Assembly: GCA_963833985.1 (NCBI GenBank)
Contig: CAWIAD010000001.1
Location: 352,001-416,000 of the forward strand
Direction: 5' to 3'
Source: an uncultured Planctomycetaceae bacterium
GTDB taxonomy: Bacteria; Planctomycetota; Planctomycetia; Isosphaerales; Isosphaeraceae
DNA: 64,000 nucleotides
Part shown: positions 42,616 through 54,092 of the stretch, one piece after another
Numbering within the stretch: position 1 is the first letter of the stretch
Layout: each line of letters opens with the position of its first letter
Translations under genes and position numbers: made by a program
Notes under the pieces: model-generated
Databases searched by the model: none
What the model saw: the letters and a program-made list of their open reading frames with translations, nothing else
Told to the model about the DNA's origin: nothing

Positions 42616-45600
42616 TTACCCCAGCGTCACTTCCACGCACGCCAGCTCATTGGGCGTCAGGTCAAGCATGACGGAATCGCCGTCGAGGGAAAGGTCAACG
42701 ACCAGGTCGCCCTGGAAATCGATCTGTCGTGCCCAGGTCGGGTTCTGGAAGAAGCGTACCCGACAGCGCGAGGATTGCCCGGCCGTCTCCAGGAGGTGCA
42801 GCACCAATCCCCAACCCCGGCCCTCGCCGGTCGTCTCCACGAACTCGACCCGGCTGACGGCCACCGCCTTGTGGTCGACGTGCAGAAGCCAGCTGCGCGC
42901 GCCGGTTGCCGGTTCGCCCAGATCGGTGGGCACGACCGGGGTTGGCGTGACCAGGTCGAGTGCTGCCTGGAAGGGATACTCCAGGTCGAGCACCACGCCC
43001 ATGCGGAACGTCCGCCCTGTCTCGGCTCCGGCCACAAGCAACGTGTCGAGCATGCGAGCGCCGAACTTCTGGTGGTAGGCGAGGCCGCCGAAGAGCAGCG
43101 CCGTACGCTGGCGGCGGGTGGAAATGTCCAGGGCCAGCGGTGTTTCCGGACGGCTGAGCTCGGTGACCTCGGGAGTGAGCAAGACCGTTCGGCGCAGCAT
43201 CGAGCTGGCGTCGGGCCAGGCCCAGCGGCTGGCGAGGTAAACGGTCCAGGGGTCCGCACCCGCCGCGCGATCGAGCCAGCCCTGGTCAAGATCCGCCAGC
43301 GTGACTTCAATCTCCACGACCGGCCGGCCCGTCCAGAGCCGATAGCGTTGCTGGTAGCTCGCCAGCCGGGCGCCGCTGTACCGATCCACGATCGTGCCGG
43401 CCGCGGTGGCCTGCACGAGTGCGGGGCCGGCGTGGTCGATGTCGTAGCGATCCGCCTTCATCTGGCTGGAAAGAGGCTTGCCGTTTGTTTCACCCAGGCC
43501 GCTGAGCACGAGCTGCTGGGCGACCCGGGGCGTCGATTCCCCGAGGGCCATGAGGCCGCGAATCCCTCCCGTGGCCTCATCGATCTCGAGCTCGATGCTC
43601 TCGTTCTTGAGCGTTCGCCCGTGGGCGGAAAGGGCGCCGGGCTGGACGGGTGGGACTTCCAGGTTGGGTTCCGCGGGTACCCAGGCGTAGCCGAAAGCCG
43701 GCAGGTCCACGACCGCATACACGCCCGTGCCGGTGAACTGCGCTGCTCGCAGCGGTCCCTCGGGGCGAAGGTCGAGCGCTGCGTCCGGCAAGAGCACCGC
43801 GCCCCGGCGTGGCACGCCCAGCGGGTTGATCACGAGGTACCCGGGCCGGGGCGTTCTGGAGCGGCCGGAGTTCACCGCCAGGACGGCGCGTGAGAACTGC
43901 TCGGCCCAGGTCGATTCCAGCTCGGCCATGAGCGGCACCGCCGCGTCATGTTCGCCGGTCTCGATCAGTGCCTCCAGCTCCAGCGTCGCGAGCGCGCCGG
44001 GCGAGTCGGCCAGCGCACGGGCGTGCCGTCTGGCGTACTCTCCGGCGGAGCCGACGAGGGCGACGTCACGCCTGCCGCCCGGCCCACGGCCAGCGCCAGC
44101 GCCCGAACCCAGCTCAAGGCGTCGAACCGTGCACGCAGAGCGTGGTGCCGGGCCAGGCGCGAGATCGGCTCCGGATCGCGAGCGGCCGCGCCCTGGGCCA
44201 GGTACGGCGACTCGTAGAGGTCGGGATCGGGTCGGAACGTCTCGTAGGGACGGTCGGTGAGATGGAAGTAGTCGTTGAGCGTGACCCAGCGGCCGAGAAC
44301 CGGGGAGTAGGTCGCGGCCCGCCGCAGGTCTCGATACCAGGGTGCCACCGGCGCGGGCCAGTGGACCAGCGGCAATGTGGCCACGTGGTCGTTGCGCATG
44401 GTCGCCGCCATCCGCCAGGGAATCAGCAGCCCCTGCGCGGGCCGGTCCGCGGCCAGCGGGGGCCTGAGCAGCGTTTCCAGGTTGGAACCGTCGGGGCTCT
44501 CCCAGAGCCGCTTCACCTCACTTCGAACAGGGAAGCGGCCCGCGTCGAAGCCGAGGTGCAGTGCGTAGCGAAAGCCGAACCGCCTGGCGATCTGGGGAAG
44601 CTGCGTGAACAGCCCGAAGCGGCGCAGGGCAAAGGTCTCGACGTTCCGCTCCTCCAGGTGAGCGCGGTACACCTCACTACCGCGGCGGAATTGCCAGAGG
44701 ATCGACTCCAGCGGCAGGAGCGAGAGCTCGACCTCGGCATAGGGGCCGCCGGCGACGTCGGCCCAGCCGTCGCTGATTGCCTCGCGGAGCCGCTGGACTC
44801 CCTCAGGATCGCACCGGGCCTGGTCCTCCATCGACTGGGCCGGGGCCAGGAACGACACCGCGACGTGACAGTCCAGCGCCGCATCGAATGACCCGGCGGC
44901 CAGCGCGGAGTGCACCAGACAAAGGTCCACGAAGTAGGCGTCCACCGGGTAGAAACGCTCGCGGGCCTGCGTCAGCACCTCGAAGGCGGCGCGCAGCCGG
45001 TTCACGGCCGTGGTACGGTCGCAGCTCTGCCAGGCATCGGCGCCGGCGAGGACCTCGCGCGTCAGAGCCACTCGGTTGATGGCCGTTTCATGACCCATTG
45101 CCGAGGCCAGGTCGCGCAGCAGCCAGTGAGTGGCCCCAAGTGCCAGGAAGTCGTCGGCGATGGCGATCATGGCGGGATCGTCGGACGTCTCCGGGGTACC
45201 CACAGCGCCCAGGTGCTCCTGGAGCTGCGCGATCAGCAGAGCCCGGTCCGGCGCCGCCTCGAGTAGAATGGCCCCTGAATCCTCGGCCTGGGTTCGATAG
45301 CCCGAGGGCAGGCGGTCGAACTGTCCCGGCGGCAGCACGCGCAGCTCGCGCGGGCCCGGCGCGGAAGGGCTCTCGACCGGCTCGACCGCCGGCAGCTCGG
45401 ACGCGCGTGCCAGCAGCGACGGATGCCAGAGCGCGGAGACCGCACTCCAGATGGCCCCGGCGAGAGACTGGTCCAGGTCGGCCGGAGGCTCCTGGACGTG
45501 GTACGGTACCAGGGCGGTCAGCTTCCAGCCGCTCCGGGGCGGGGGTGCCTCGGCCTCCGGCTGGGTTGATGAGTCCGCATCCTCCGGGGGTGGCGGGACG

Positions 45601-45761
45601 TGGAATTCAGCCGGGCTGACCGCGGGATCGTCCCTCTGGAACGCCCCCTCCAGGTCCGCGGGAGCGGTGGCCGGAATGCTGGTCTGCGCCGCGGGATGGG
45701 AGCCGGCCGCGTCATCGGCTGTGGGCTGGTCATCTCCGGTATCCGAAGCCGCTGAGTTCAT
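42616..45761 (-). CDS. Large conserved planctomycete protein, GH38/GH57-like architecture; frameshift near 44020
   Basis: ORF 43965-45761 (GWADVAGGPYAE) followed by 42616-43938 (NPLGVPR, VDLPAFGY, LKNESIELEIDEATGGI). Confidence 0.55.
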
Positions 45762-45765
45762 TCGA

Positions 45766-46521
45766 TCAGACTCCGAGCGCGTTCTTGAGCTCGCGGAGCT
45801 CGGCGGCGAGAGCCTCGCATTGTTTCCGCAGCACGTCGACATCGCCGCGAAGTGCGGCGATCTCGGTGCTCCACGCCGGTGCCAGGGCAGCCGCCGTGAG
45901 CTCGCCTCGCGCGGCCGACATCCGCACGGAGGCATCCTCGTCGCCGCCGGCAGCGTCGCTGGAGGCAAAGGCCAGCCGCACCTTCTCGAGCTCCTCGGGC
46001 GGATACAGCCCGTGCGTGAGCATGACACCACGCTTTTGACCCGGGGGCGAAAGGTAGACGACCAGCCCGCGCGGCACGAGCGCCTCCAGGATGGATTGCA
46101 GCGCGGCCAGGTCCGGAAGCGGCTCCATGCGGCTGACATGCGCCCGCAGCTCGCCTTCGGTCTGCGGACCGCGGAGCAAGAGATCGATGATCACGGCAAG
46201 CTCGGCCTTGCTGACCTTGAGCCATTCGTAGAGCGTGTGCTTCCACTTCGGCACGCGGCCGCTGGCGGTCTCCACCACAATCGTCGCGCCCTTCTTGCGA
46301 AGGCCATGCAGTGCGTCCTCGACGTCGTCCTGATCGTAGTTCGTGATCGGATCCCGGTTGCTCTTCTGGTTGCATCCGGCGACGACTGCCGCGACCGTGA
46401 GCGGATAGTACTCGGGCGTTGTCTTGCCCTTCTCGGCGAGCACTCCCACCACCCGCCGCTCGCGGGGCGAAAGAGGCACCCAGACCGCCCCCGGTCCACT
46501 CGTCGCTGCACTCTCGCTCAT
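45766..46521 (-). CDS. DUF480/YceH family protein
   Basis: RVVGVLAEKGKTTPEYYPLT, CNQKSNRDP, LLLRGPQTEGELR. Confidence 0.9.
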   Translation of the reverse strand: MSESAATSGPGAVWVPLSPRERRVVGVLAEKGKTTPEYYPLTVAAVVAGCNQKSNRDPITNYDQDDVEDALHGLRKKGATIVVETASGRVPKWKHTLYEWLKVSKAELAVIIDLLLRGPQTEGELRAHVSRMEPLPDLAALQSILEALVPRGLVVYLSPPGQKRGVMLTHGLYPPEELEKVRLAFASSDAAGGDEDASVRMSAARGELTAAALAPAWSTEIAALRGDVDVLRKQCEALAAELRELKNALGV

Positions 46522-46588
46522 GGTTCGTCCGATCCACGCACTCGCTGCCGAGACACCGTTTCGTACCAGCCTTCCGCCCGGCGTACCC

Positions 46589-47107
46589 TCACGGCAGCTC
46601 GAGCCGGAGGGTCTCGCTGATCCGGTTGGTGAAGTTGGCCAGTGCCACCGTCACGGCCAGCTCGACCATCTGCTGTTCCGTCAGCTTCTGCTTGAGCCGA
46701 TCGGCCAGCTCATCGCTGAGGATCACGTTGCGGGTCACCTCGTCGGCATACTGAAGCACGTCGCTCTGCAACTCATCGTAGATTTCGGAGCTTGCATAGC
46801 TGTCGGTCTCGTTCAACTGGCGCTCGTCGAGCCCCGCCTTCTTCCCCGCCTTCTTGTGATGTTGCAGGCAATAGCCGCAGCTATTGATCTCGGACGCCCG
46901 AATGTAGGCCAGCTCGCGCAGCTTGGGATCAAGCGTCATCCGGCCCAGGGCCCCGTTCATGGCGATGAAACTCTCGAGCAGCTCGGGGCTATGCGCCAGG
47001 ACCCTCAGGAAGTTGGGCACCTCGTGCCCACGGCCTTCAACCCGCTCGAAATGCGGCCGGATGCTCTCGGCGGCTTCCGACGTCTTCACGTAGCTGACAA
47101 GCGCCAT
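46589..47107 (-). CDS. Carboxymuconolactone decarboxylase/AhpD-like peroxidase-related protein
   Basis: VPNFLRVLAHSP, RELAYIRASEINSCGYCLQHH. Confidence 0.88.
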   Translation of the reverse strand: MALVSYVKTSEAAESIRPHFERVEGRGHEVPNFLRVLAHSPELLESFIAMNGALGRMTLDPKLRELAYIRASEINSCGYCLQHHKKAGKKAGLDERQLNETDSYASSEIYDELQSDVLQYADEVTRNVILSDELADRLKQKLTEQQMVELAVTVALANFTNRISETLRLELP

Positions 47108-47459
47108 CGATGATGCCCCTCGGTGCTACAGGATCCTCGCTTCTCGTCCCGTCCGCCCAGATCTCATCGGACCATCGTAGCCGTCGGCAAGCCGTGCATT
47201 CAAGGCTGCCTCCGACCCCCGGCGGGCACGGTGACCGAACAGGTACCGTTCCGGGACGGGTACGAATCCGCGGCAAACCTTATCATCAAGCGTGATTCGC
47301 TGGCTCGGAACCCAGATCCGATCCTGCCGCTTCATGGGGAATGGGAAGACCTGCTCGTCGGCCATCAGCCCAACAGTCAGGTCAGCCATGGCAGACCGTT
47401 GATCGGCCGAGCACGCCGGGGTGGGGGCATCTCGGCCCGGCCGGCACGAATGTGTGTCC

Positions 47460-48245
47460 TCAGATTTGCTTCAGCTTCTGGACGATCGCGGTGAAGTGCC
47501 CCGCGGGATCACGGCCCGGCTCCGGCCAGACGGTCAGGAAGCCGCCGTAGCCGATCTCTTCCAGGGCACCCAGATACTCCACCCAGTCGAGCGTACCGGC
47601 CGCGAATCCGAAGCCCCGTGGATTGGCAACCGCGGCGCGGGCCTGATGGGTGGCATCGCCGGCATAGGCGTGTGCCACCCAGGGCGCCAGCTCGCGGCAG
47701 GCCTGTGCCGGGTCGATCCCCGCCGGGAGCAAGCTCGCCGGATCGATGCTGGCGGCCAGGCCGCGTGCGTTCATCTCGTTGAGGAAGCCGCTCAGGACGT
47801 GTCCGGCCTCGGCGCCGGTCTCCAGGGCCAGGCGTACTCCGCGGTGATCGGCACGCTCCGCGAGGCCCGCCAGCGCGGTCGTGAACGCCTCCCGGCGCAC
47901 CGGGTCTTCCTGCGGGGGGACCTGTCCGGCTCGAGCCAGCACCAGCCCGGTCCCCAGCTCGTAAGCCAGTGCGAAGGCCGAGTCCGCCCGGCGGAGGCGG
48001 TCCTCCAGCTGCTCGGACGTATCAAAGCCTCTCCGCGTGGGAAGGCCCACGGCGATGAGCGACAGCTCCATCGTGCGCAGCATGTGCCGCAGCTCGCGCC
48101 GGCCTGTTTCGCCCAGGCGCTGGGGTGCCAGGTCGCCGACGGCGTCAAGCACCACACCCCGCGCGCCCAGCCGCGCGGCCTGTTCGATCTGATCGCGGAC
48201 GGGACGACTGGCATCGATCCGCAAGCCCAGTGCATGGCGAATCAT
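47460..48245 (-). CDS. Sugar phosphate isomerase/epimerase family protein
   Basis: GVRLALET, SIDPA, GTLDWVEYLGALEEIGYGGFLTV. Confidence 0.8.
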   Translation of the reverse strand: MIRHALGLRIDASRPVRDQIEQAARLGARGVVLDAVGDLAPQRLGETGRRELRHMLRTMELSLIAVGLPTRRGFDTSEQLEDRLRRADSAFALAYELGTGLVLARAGQVPPQEDPVRREAFTTALAGLAERADHRGVRLALETGAEAGHVLSGFLNEMNARGLAASIDPASLLPAGIDPAQACRELAPWVAHAYAGDATHQARAAVANPRGFGFAAGTLDWVEYLGALEEIGYGGFLTVWPEPGRDPAGHFTAIVQKLKQI

Positions 48246-48397
48246 CGCGGGAGGATCCTCTGCTGAAGTCTCTGTGCCGGCGGGCGTTCCCGGACTACGA
48301 TTGTCGCGCGAGAGCATGGGTTGAAGCAATCCGAGAGATCGAGGATGATCAGGAAACGCTCGGTTCGGAAGACCCCCGCAACCTTCGAGGAACTCGT

Positions 48398-49846
48398 TTG
48401 AACACCAAGACGGCTCGGGCCCTGCCCGCAGTCGCCACTCAGGTCCTGGATGTTCCCGCCCACCGCCTGGCGTCGGTCATTGGCGGCTGGCCGCAGCCGG
48501 CGATTCTGGCCAGCGGTGCCAGCTTCGGCGCGGCTGGCCGCTACACCATTCTGGCCGCCTTTCCCCGCCTGGTGCTCGAAGGCACCGATCAATCCTGGCG
48601 GATCGTGACCGATTCCGGCAAGTCGCAGCAGGGCGTGGGAGATCCGCTCGCGGCACTGGCACGTCTGGCAGAGCGGTTCGACCTGGGAGGAACGTCGGAG
48701 CCTGACGAAGGAAGCGCCGGGCCGGACGACGTCCCCTTCCAGGGCGGCTTGATCGGTTTCCTGGGCTACGACCTCGCTCCTCGGCTGGAGCGGTTGCCCC
48801 GACGACACCCACGGGACTCGCGTCTGCCCGATCTCCGGTTCGGGCTCCATGACACGGCCGTGATCGTCGACCACCGCACCGGCGAGGCGGTGCTCCATTC
48901 TTGGGACCTCACCGGCGAAGGGGCGGATGCCACCCGGCGGCGGGCGCGGTCGTGGAGGCGGGCCATTCACGACGCGCTGGCCGCTCCGCCCAGAGTCCCT
49001 CGATCGCGGCTCGGGCCTCTGGTCGGCAGCATCGACCCGCCGGCTTACCTGGAGTGCATCCGGCGAGCCCTCGCGTACATTGCCGCGGGCGACATCTTCC
49101 AGGTCAACCTCTCGCAACGGTTCACGGCCCGGGGCACCGTCGCGCCGCTCGATCTTTTCCTGCGGCTGCAATCCGCCAGCCCGGCACCTTATTCTACGTT
49201 TCTGGGGTGGGATGATTTCGCCGTGATTTCTGCCAGCCCCGAGCTGTTCTACCGGACCCGCGGACGCTCCGTGATCACCCGGCCCATCAAGGGAACCCGC
49301 CCCCGGGACAGGGACCCCGACACGGACCGCCGGCTGGCGTCCGAGCTGGCCAGCGCGGCGAAGGACCGTGCGGAGCTGACCATGATCGTGGACCTGGAGC
49401 GCAACGACCTGGGGCGGGTTTGCGAGTATGGAACCGTGCAGGTGATCGACCCGCTGGCCGTCGAATCGTTCGCCCAGGTCCACCACCTGGTGGCCACCGT
49501 CGAGGGACGGCTCCGCGCCGCCGTCCGGCCGGTGGACCTTATCCGCGCCGTGTTCCCCGGAGGATCGATCACGGGCGCCCCCAAGATCCGTGCCATGGAG
49601 ATCATCGACGAGCTGGAACCATTGCGGCGCAGTCTCTACACCGGCGCCATCGGCTACCTCAGCCGGGGAAGCTCGAGCGAGTTCAACATTGCGATCCGGA
49701 CCTTGCTCGTGGACGGACCAGCGGTGAGCTACCAGGTCGGCGGCGGGATCGTCGCCGATTCGGACCCTCAGAGCGAACTGGAAGAGACGCTGCACAAGGG
49801 CAGGGGCCTGCGTGCGGTGATCGAGGAAGGGGACGCGTGGGCATGA
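48398..49846 (+). CDS. pabB: Aminodeoxychorismate synthase component I
   Basis: GGLIGFLGYD, GDIFQVNLSQRF, SPELF, TRPIKGTRPR, AELTMIVDLERNDLGRV, FPGGSITGAPKIRAM; GAGGA RBS before TTG. Confidence 0.88.
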   Translation: MNTKTARALPAVATQVLDVPAHRLASVIGGWPQPAILASGASFGAAGRYTILAAFPRLVLEGTDQSWRIVTDSGKSQQGVGDPLAALARLAERFDLGGTSEPDEGSAGPDDVPFQGGLIGFLGYDLAPRLERLPRRHPRDSRLPDLRFGLHDTAVIVDHRTGEAVLHSWDLTGEGADATRRRARSWRRAIHDALAAPPRVPRSRLGPLVGSIDPPAYLECIRRALAYIAAGDIFQVNLSQRFTARGTVAPLDLFLRLQSASPAPYSTFLGWDDFAVISASPELFYRTRGRSVITRPIKGTRPRDRDPDTDRRLASELASAAKDRAELTMIVDLERNDLGRVCEYGTVQVIDPLAVESFAQVHHLVATVEGRLRAAVRPVDLIRAVFPGGSITGAPKIRAMEIIDELEPLRRSLYTGAIGYLSRGSSSEFNIAIRTLLVDGPAVSYQVGGGIVADSDPQSELEETLHKGRGLRAVIEEGDAWA

Positions 49847-50663
49847 TCTGGGTACGCGGGCAGATCGTCGCCGATGAGGCGCTGTCAGTCAGCGTGCTCG
49901 ACCGCACGTTCGAGCACGGGCTCGGGCTATTTGAAACTTTCAGGACCTGGAACAGCCGGCCGACCCTGCTTCCCCGCCATCTTGATCGCCTCACTCGCTC
50001 CGCGGCCGAACTCGGCGTGCCCTGCGACCGCGAGGCCCTGCCGGACGCCCGTGCGGTGCAAAGCTTGCTCGAGGCCGATGGCCGTCAGGGCGATGCCATG
50101 CTGCGGATCACGCTCAGCGGAGGGCTCTCGGAATCCGCTGGCTCGACACTCTGGATGCGTTCCTTCGAGCTGCCTCCGTCCTCGCCGGCAGGCATTGTTC
50201 TTGGTCCGGCCGGCCTGGCGCGGGTTGACATGCTGGCCCGACACAAGACCCTCAACTACTGGCCCAATCGGATTCTCTACCAGACCGCGCGCGACGGCGG
50301 GTTCGACGAGGCCTTGACCCTTTCGCCAGATGGGCACGTGTGGGAGGGGAGCCGCTCCAACCTGTTTCTGGTCATGGAGAATGAGCTCATCACTCCGCCC
50401 TCGACGGGCAAGCTCCTGCCTGGAATCATGCGCGCGGTGATCCTCGAGCGAGCGCCGATGCTCGGGCTCGAGGTCCGCGAGACGCCCTTCAGCCTGCTCG
50501 ACCGGCTGCTGGCGCCCGAGGAGATCTTTCTCTGCAACTCCGTGCGCGGCATCATGCCGGTTCATCGCTGGGGCGAGGCGGAATACCCTGCGCCGGACCG
50601 GTCACCGGGCGGCTCTGGAACGACATCTCCGGCTGGCTGGCGATGGAGGGAGCGCGCACATGA
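49843..50663 (+). CDS. pabC: Class IV aminotransferase, probable aminodeoxychorismate lyase; frameshift near 50595
   Basis: GLGLFETFR, HLDRL, HKTLNY, EGSRSNLF, LLPGIMR, NSVRG; corrected end GPVTGRLW...ART* overlaps the Nif3 ATG. Confidence 0.75.
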
Positions 50664-51814
50664 GGAACGTGGCCGAGGTGGTGCGCTGGCTTGAAGAGTT
50701 CGCACCCGCCAGCCTGGCGGAGCCCTGGGACAACGTCGGCCTGCTGTGGGGCGATCCCGCAGCCGCGGTGGACCGCGTCATGACCTGCCTGACCGTGACC
50801 GGGCCGACCGCCGAGGAGGCCATCGCCGAAAAGGCGGAACTGATCGTGAGCCACCACCCGGTCCTGTTCCGCGCGCTCAAACGGGTCCGCGCCGATCTGC
50901 CGGCGACGGCGCCGCTGTGGAGCCTGGCACGAGCCGGCATCGCCGTGGCCAGTCCGCACACGTCGTTTGATAATACCGCAGGCGGCATCAACGACGGTCT
51001 GTGCCGCCGGCTCAGCCTGGCAGACGTGGTCCCGCTCCGTCCGCTGCCCGGCACGGGTTCCTGCAAGGTGGTGGTCTTCACACCCGAAAGTGACCAGGCC
51101 GCCGTGCTGGACGCAGTCTTCGAGGCGGGGGCGGGACGGATCGGCGCCTACCGGGAATGCTCCTTCAGCAGCCCCGGCCAGGGCACGTTCTTCGGCACCG
51201 AGGAGACCACTCCCTCGGTGGGCCAGAAAGGCCAGCGGGAGCGCGCCGCGGAGCTCCGTCTCGAAGTCCTTTGCCCTGCGCCGCGGCTGGACGCCGTGCT
51301 CCGGGCCATTCGCGCGAGCCACTCCTACGAGGAGCCAGCCATTGACGTCTATCCGCTTCAGCAGGCCGGTCCTGGACCCGGATCGGGCCGCATGGGAACC
51401 TACGCGGAGCCGAGAAGCCTGCACGAGTTCGCCGGCCTGGTGACGCGCGCCCTGGGACACGTTCCGGTCCAGATGGTCGGCGACCCCCGGAAGCCGGTTC
51501 GCCGCGTGGCGGTGGCGTGCGGCGCGGGGGACGATTTCCTGGGCGATGCCGTGGCGGCTGGAGCCGACGTGCTGCTCACCGGAGAAGCGCGGTTCCACCG
51601 CGCAATCGAGGCGGAAGCGCTCGATATTGGCCTCATCCTCGCCGGCCACCACGCCACCGAGCGCCCGGGCGTGGAGGATCTTGCCGAACAGATCGCCCGT
51701 GCGTTCCCCGACCTGACGGTCTGGCCGAGCCTCCAGGAGCGCGATCCCTTGCATTGGATCGACGCCGGTGAACCGCCCTCCGCGAGTTCGGCAAGAACGA
51801 TTCCGAATGTGTGA
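50660..51814 (+). CDS. Nif3/DUF34 dinuclear metal-centre protein (long form with PII-like insert)
   Basis: WDNVGLL, SHHPVLF, HTSFD, GAGRIGAYRECSF, HSYEEPA, GHHATE. Confidence 0.92.
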   Translation: MRNVAEVVRWLEEFAPASLAEPWDNVGLLWGDPAAAVDRVMTCLTVTGPTAEEAIAEKAELIVSHHPVLFRALKRVRADLPATAPLWSLARAGIAVASPHTSFDNTAGGINDGLCRRLSLADVVPLRPLPGTGSCKVVVFTPESDQAAVLDAVFEAGAGRIGAYRECSFSSPGQGTFFGTEETTPSVGQKGQRERAAELRLEVLCPAPRLDAVLRAIRASHSYEEPAIDVYPLQQAGPGPGSGRMGTYAEPRSLHEFAGLVTRALGHVPVQMVGDPRKPVRRVAVACGAGDDFLGDAVAAGADVLLTGEARFHRAIEAEALDIGLILAGHHATERPGVEDLAEQIARAFPDLTVWPSLQERDPLHWIDAGEPPSASSARTIPNV

Positions 51815-51908
51815 CCGACGGCCCTTCGGTTGCCGTTCGAATGCTGCCATCGAGCGGAGGCGGTCGCACACTCCACCACCATCTTGAGACGAATCCGGCC
51901 CGCGCAAC

Positions 51909-51935
51909 AAAAACCCCCCGGGGAAATCCGGGGGG
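51909..51935 (-). terminator. Intrinsic terminator for the 52013-52444 gene
   Basis: ccccccgg/ccgggggg stem with A-tract 51909-51913 (U-tract on minus). Confidence 0.7.
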
Positions 51936-52012
51936 AAGAAAGAACGGAGAGTGCAAAACCCTGAGAGAACCCGCGGACGGCCCCGCGGCCCGGGGTTACG
52001 GCACCCGGCGAG

Positions 52013-52444
52013 TCACTTCTTCTTGGCCTTCGGGCCGCTCGTCGTCTCCTCGGTTTCTTCCGTGATCTCGGCGTCGACGTCGGCGTCGGCCTCCGCGTCG
52101 GCCTCCGGCACCACGTCCACCTCGGCTTCGGCTTCCACCTCGGCTTCGGCCTCTACTTCAGCTTCCACTTCGGCAGAACTTCCTTTGCCGGTGCGGGTGG
52201 CTGGAACGCTCAGATACATCTGATGCTCCCACTGCCCCGACCAGAACTGCCCGGCCCATCGCTGCAAGGAGATGGCGCGGACCGTGGGCCGATCCTCATC
52301 GCGAATCACTTCACCCCACGCCCCCGCATACGCCGCACGCACCTGCGAGGAACTCTCGCCCACGCAGAGCAACCGCTCGCCATTGGGAGCCAGGCAAGCG
52401 ACGGCTCGCCAGTCTTGCGCACCACTCGATCCACTGCTCATCAT
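52013..52444 (-). CDS. Hypothetical protein with acidic (AEVE/AEAE) repeat tail
   Basis: Globular-looking N-terminal domain, low-complexity acidic tail ending KAKKK, followed by a terminator. Confidence 0.65.
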   Translation of the reverse strand: MMSSGSSGAQDWRAVACLAPNGERLLCVGESSSQVRAAYAGAWGEVIRDEDRPTVRAISLQRWAGQFWSGQWEHQMYLSVPATRTGKGSSAEVEAEVEAEAEVEAEAEVDVVPEADAEADADVDAEITEETEETTSGPKAKKK

Positions 52445-52957
52445 TGTTTATCCCCGCCCGGCACTCGCGTGTGATTCGAGCGCTCAACCTGGTCATCAAG
52501 ATGACGTGGCGCCGGGTCTTGAACCAACCTCAAATTCTGGATCTTACCGTCAACCTGTGATTCGTCATTCCGGGTTCGCCGCCGTGATCATTTATCCACG
52601 GATGCAATCGCAGTAAGTCATGATCGGGCTCACGATGGACGAACCATCGCGAAGGCCCGTATCCGCGACCAATCGGTAGAAGGGCGAAGGGCGGGCAACA
52701 GCGGGATGAAGGACACAGGGCAAGGCAACGACGACTCGTCCTGTGGGCGAGCGGCGATTCCCCTGCCAAAGACCGCTCACTCTCGAAGTCAACGATAGAA
52801 TTGTATCGTTTTCAAGAAGCCCCGGCGAATGAAATCAGGAAAAAAACTCCCAAAGTTTCTGAAGGATATCGGCCTGCGTTTTCCCGTGCGCTGGCCGTCG
52901 AGCGGGTTCCCGGCCGCACATGATGGCGACTTCAGGGCCGCCTCACACGAGGAAACC

Positions 52958-53967
52958 TTAGCGACTTTCTCCACTCCCCGGTGCAAGCCTCAGGAGTACT
53001 TTGCCACCCCGGGCCGGCGCATCGGCCTGCGCGCGGCCTCCGCAACCTGGTCCAGGCTGAAGACGGAGCCAATTCCGGAGCTGAGCACGTCCTGGCGGAT
53101 GAGGGCCGCGATCTCGCGGAAGAGCATGAGCAGCGACGGGATCGATCGATCGCGCATCCAGTGTCCTAGCCAGAACCCCTCGATGACCTTGCGGCCGGCG
53201 ATCAGGTGGCGGGGATCGATGCCGATGGGTTCTCCCGAGAGCGTGCCGTAGACGACCATGCGTCCGCCCGGCCCCAGCGAGCGGAACACCCCGGCGCCGG
53301 TCTCGCCGCCAACCGGGTCCAGGGCGTAGCGAACGCCGTCCTCGCCGACAATCCGCAGCACCTGCTCGTCGATCGGCCCCTCCGACGAGCTGATCACCGC
53401 GTCGCCACCGAGGCGGGCCAGCTCCTCCCTGGCTTCCGATCGACGCACGACATTGAGGGTCTTGAAGCCGTCGTGGCGGCCCAGCTTGATGATCATCTTC
53501 CCCAGCGTCGAGCCGGCCGCGGATTGCAGCAGCCACTGGCCCCTGGGCACCCGCAGCACGTGCCGCACGAGTGCCAGCACGGTGGCCGGGTTCACGAAGA
53601 ACGCGGCCGCCTGGTCGTCGGGGATCTCCGTAGGGATGGGACGGGCCTGGCGCGCCGGGATCACCGCGTATTCCGCCCAGTTGCCTCCGGCCGAGTTGAT
53701 CGCCGCCACGCGCTTGCCTTCCACCCAGCGGCCCAGGATGCCCGGACCGGCCTTGTCCACGATGCCCACGCCCTCGAAGCCCGGCGTGGCCGGCAGCCGG
53801 GGCAGCACACCATAGCGGCCGCGCACAACCAGCAGATCCGAAGGGTTCACCGGAGTGGCGATCATGCGCACGCGCACCTCGCCGGGGCCCGGCTCGGGAA
53901 GCGGAACTTCGCGAACCCCCAGAACCTCGGACGGCTCACCAAACCTGTCGAACACGGCGGCTTTCAT
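52958..53967 (-). CDS. MDR-family NADPH quinone/enoyl reductase-like oxidoreductase; frameshift near 53030
   Basis: PVNPSD, PGFEGVG, VNPAT, QSAAGSTLG, YALDPVGG; end ARGGKVLL lies in the adjacent frame. Confidence 0.85.
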
Positions 53968-54092
53968 TCCCTGGCACTCGCAAAGGTGAACCGATCCTCG
54001 CACGCGGCACCCCCTGGCGCCGCACTTGGGCAAGACCGAGATTGCGGTTATCTTAATGGCAGGATACCGCGAAACCTACCGGGAACACCCTG

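Noticed and set aside
47110..47459. 6S RNA, SRP RNA or riboswitch upstream of the AhpD-like gene; also the 87-aa ORF 47126-47389
   Set aside because: Only short partial resemblance (gaggcagccttgaa) with no full consensus; the ORF is not convincingly protein-like. An Rfam scan would settle it.
52592..52600. DnaA box (TTATCCACG) suggesting a replication origin
   Set aside because: Single imperfect box, no cluster, no dnaA/dnaN context.
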